7,817 bases of DNA from a virus (Duplodnaviria > Heunggongvirae > Uroviricota > Caudoviricetes): the IMG/VR virus record IMGVR_UViG_2695420486_000008, one strand, 5' to 3'. Below are positions 6,279 through 7,817 of the stretch, one piece after another. Every line of letters starts with the position of its first letter. Position 1 is the stretch's first letter. A program made the position numbers and the translations under genes. The notes beneath the pieces were generated by a model. The model did not search any database and was not told where the DNA came from. It saw nothing but the letters and a program-made list of their open reading frames with translations.

Positions 6279-7666
6279 AAGAAACGCTCCATCTTACTGC
6301 TGTCGGTACGTGTATTGCTGTATCTGCGCGGCTGGGGCTGCCGCATTGGGGTGGAAAGAACCTGTGCGCTTTCCTGGTCCACAGGCAGAAAATGTCCGTT
6401 ATAAAAACGCCGGTAAATCGTCCCCAGAGAACCGTTACGTTGTTTCGTGATATTAATTTCTGCTATGCCTGTAGCCTGTGTATCCGGGTTGTACACTTCA
6501 TCCCTGTAAAGCATCAGAATGATGTCTGCATCCGCCTCTATTTCTCCGGAATTTTTCAGGTCTGAGTTCATGGGACGTTTATTGGGTCTGGACTCCACAC
6601 CGCGGGAGAGCTGGCTCAGCGCAATCAACGGAAAACCACCGGATTTTGCCAGGCCTTTAAGCCCCTTTGAGATTTCACCCACGGCAAGGTCATGACGCCC
6701 CGTGGTTCGGGTTTTTATCAGCCCGAGATAATCAACCACCACCAGCGCCGTTTCCGGATGTTTAATCAGATGGTGTTTCGTTGTTGCGCATATCTCATCA
6801 ATGGTCAGGTTCGCCTGGTCCACCATCCAGATATTGCGCCCGGTCATCCGCCCCACCCCTTGTGAGAAACGCGCCCAGTCTTCATCTTCAAAGTGAGCCA
6901 CAGATTTCAGGCGTGATACTGGCATCCCTCCAGCCGCAGACACCATACGTTCACCAATCTGGATGTTCGCCATCTCCATGGTGAACAGAAGCACACCATG
7001 CCCCTGCTCAGTCACCTTGTCGATGATGTCCAGCGCAAGTTCGGTTTTCCCCATCGAAGGACGGGCGGCAATGAATACCAGGTCTCCGGGCTCCATACCG
7101 CCTGTTTTTGCGTCCAGTTCATCAATACCGGTCATCAACGTCCTGGATTTCTCCAGCCCCTGATTCCGGCATTCAACACGCTCAACCACTTCCGGAAGCA
7201 CATCATCAATATGTACCGGCTGAATGACGCCCTTTCCTGTCGACAGTGTGACCATCATGTTCTGCGCATCCTTCAGGGCATCTTCAGCTGCTTCACAGGT
7301 ATGCGCATCACGTAATTTCTGCAGCGCCTCATTCAGTGTTTTTTCTGCATCGCGCAGTGCGGCATTGCGCCGCAACGCTGCAACATAGTGCTCCAGTGAA
7401 GACTTCACCCAGGTTTTACGCCCGGTATCAGTAATCACCGGGGCAAGTTCCGGCATCTCATTACACAACAGCACGGGGTCAATCACTCCTGAAACACGGG
7501 CCTGTCTGCAGATGCCTGTGTAGATATCCCGATACGCTCGTACAGAAAAAATGTCCGCCGGTAGTGTGATCAGAATATCCATCACTTCATGATCTGCCCC
7601 ACGCAGAAAGAATGCGCCAATGACAGCGCCTTCCAGGTCATCATTACGCCAGACTGGTGTTGTCAT
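6275..7666 (-). CDS. DnaB-like replicative DNA helicase (phage-encoded)
   Basis: 463 aa from ATG 7666 (GAGGTG 7 nt upstream). The track ORF extends to a GTG at 7807, but that extension is not protein-like. N-terminal DnaB-type domain, Walker A AARPSMGKT, and C-terminal motifs LIALSQLSR and EADADIILMLYRDEVY align by eye with E. coli DnaB. Confidence 0.85.
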   Translation of the reverse strand: MTTPVWRNDDLEGAVIGAFFLRGADHEVMDILITLPADIFSVRAYRDIYTGICRQARVSGVIDPVLLCNEMPELAPVITDTGRKTWVKSSLEHYVAALRRNAALRDAEKTLNEALQKLRDAHTCEAAEDALKDAQNMMVTLSTGKGVIQPVHIDDVLPEVVERVECRNQGLEKSRTLMTGIDELDAKTGGMEPGDLVFIAARPSMGKTELALDIIDKVTEQGHGVLLFTMEMANIQIGERMVSAAGGMPVSRLKSVAHFEDEDWARFSQGVGRMTGRNIWMVDQANLTIDEICATTKHHLIKHPETALVVVDYLGLIKTRTTGRHDLAVGEISKGLKGLAKSGGFPLIALSQLSRGVESRPNKRPMNSDLKNSGEIEADADIILMLYRDEVYNPDTQATGIAEINITKQRNGSLGTIYRRFYNGHFLPVDQESAQVLSTPMRQPQPRRYSNTRTDSSKMERFF

Positions 7667-7817
7667 GCAGCCACACCTCTGATACAAGAACGGTAGCTGG
7701 GCCAGTTGAACGACAACCAGTTGCGCCCCCCGTCTGTGATCCTGTCGGCAATGCGGGGGCTGATGAACGCTGGATTTGCCCCTATATTTCCAGACACCTG
7801 TTATCACTTAACCCATT

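Noticed and set aside
4385-6984. Remaining short track ORFs antisense to, or out of frame within, the phage genes (4385..4567, 4543..4818, 4837..5019, 4897..5127, 5045..5269, 5137..5436, 5256..5537, 5732..5926, 6013..6450, 6111..6404, 6263..6565, 6781..6984 and others)
   Set aside because: All lie inside or opposite the confidently assigned genes or regulatory elements, with no start context and biased composition.
7667-7807. N-terminal extension of the helicase ORF to 7807
   Set aside because: It begins at GTG and translates to non-protein-like sequence; the DnaB homology starts right after the ATG at 7666.

Overview
This window reads as the early-to-late junction of a lambdoid prophage, transcribed right to left on the minus strand, interrupted by an IS110-family insertion sequence. 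From the right: a DnaB-like replicative helicase (7666..6275), a small nin-region ORF, a RusA-type Holliday-junction resolvase, and a Q-type late antiterminator, followed by a sigma70 promoter (TTGACC-N18-TATATT) and an intrinsic terminator in the positions of lambda pR' and tR'. Downstream sits a moron-like gene that I recall as ORF6N/KilA-N-like, then a compact tRNA cassette, Ile2(CAU)-Arg(UCU)-Thr(UGU)-Gly(UCC), with its own promoter and flanking terminators. The cassette occurs three times (1..1147, 2670..3754, partial 3822..4202). Between copies 1 and 2 lies a GC-rich IS110-family element (about 1207..2669, plus strand). Its DEDD-type transposase is split by a 10-bp tandem duplication, and its 5' non-coding end looks like a bridge-RNA locus: a perfect -10 there and a perfect -35 at the 3' end would form a promoter only on circularisation. 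N-runs at 1148..1188, 1195..1206 and 3811..3821 show this is a gapped, possibly reference-guided consensus, so the copy number and order of the repeats need confirmation. All protein family calls are from motif recognition by eye; no searches were run. No CRISPR array or stx genes were seen.
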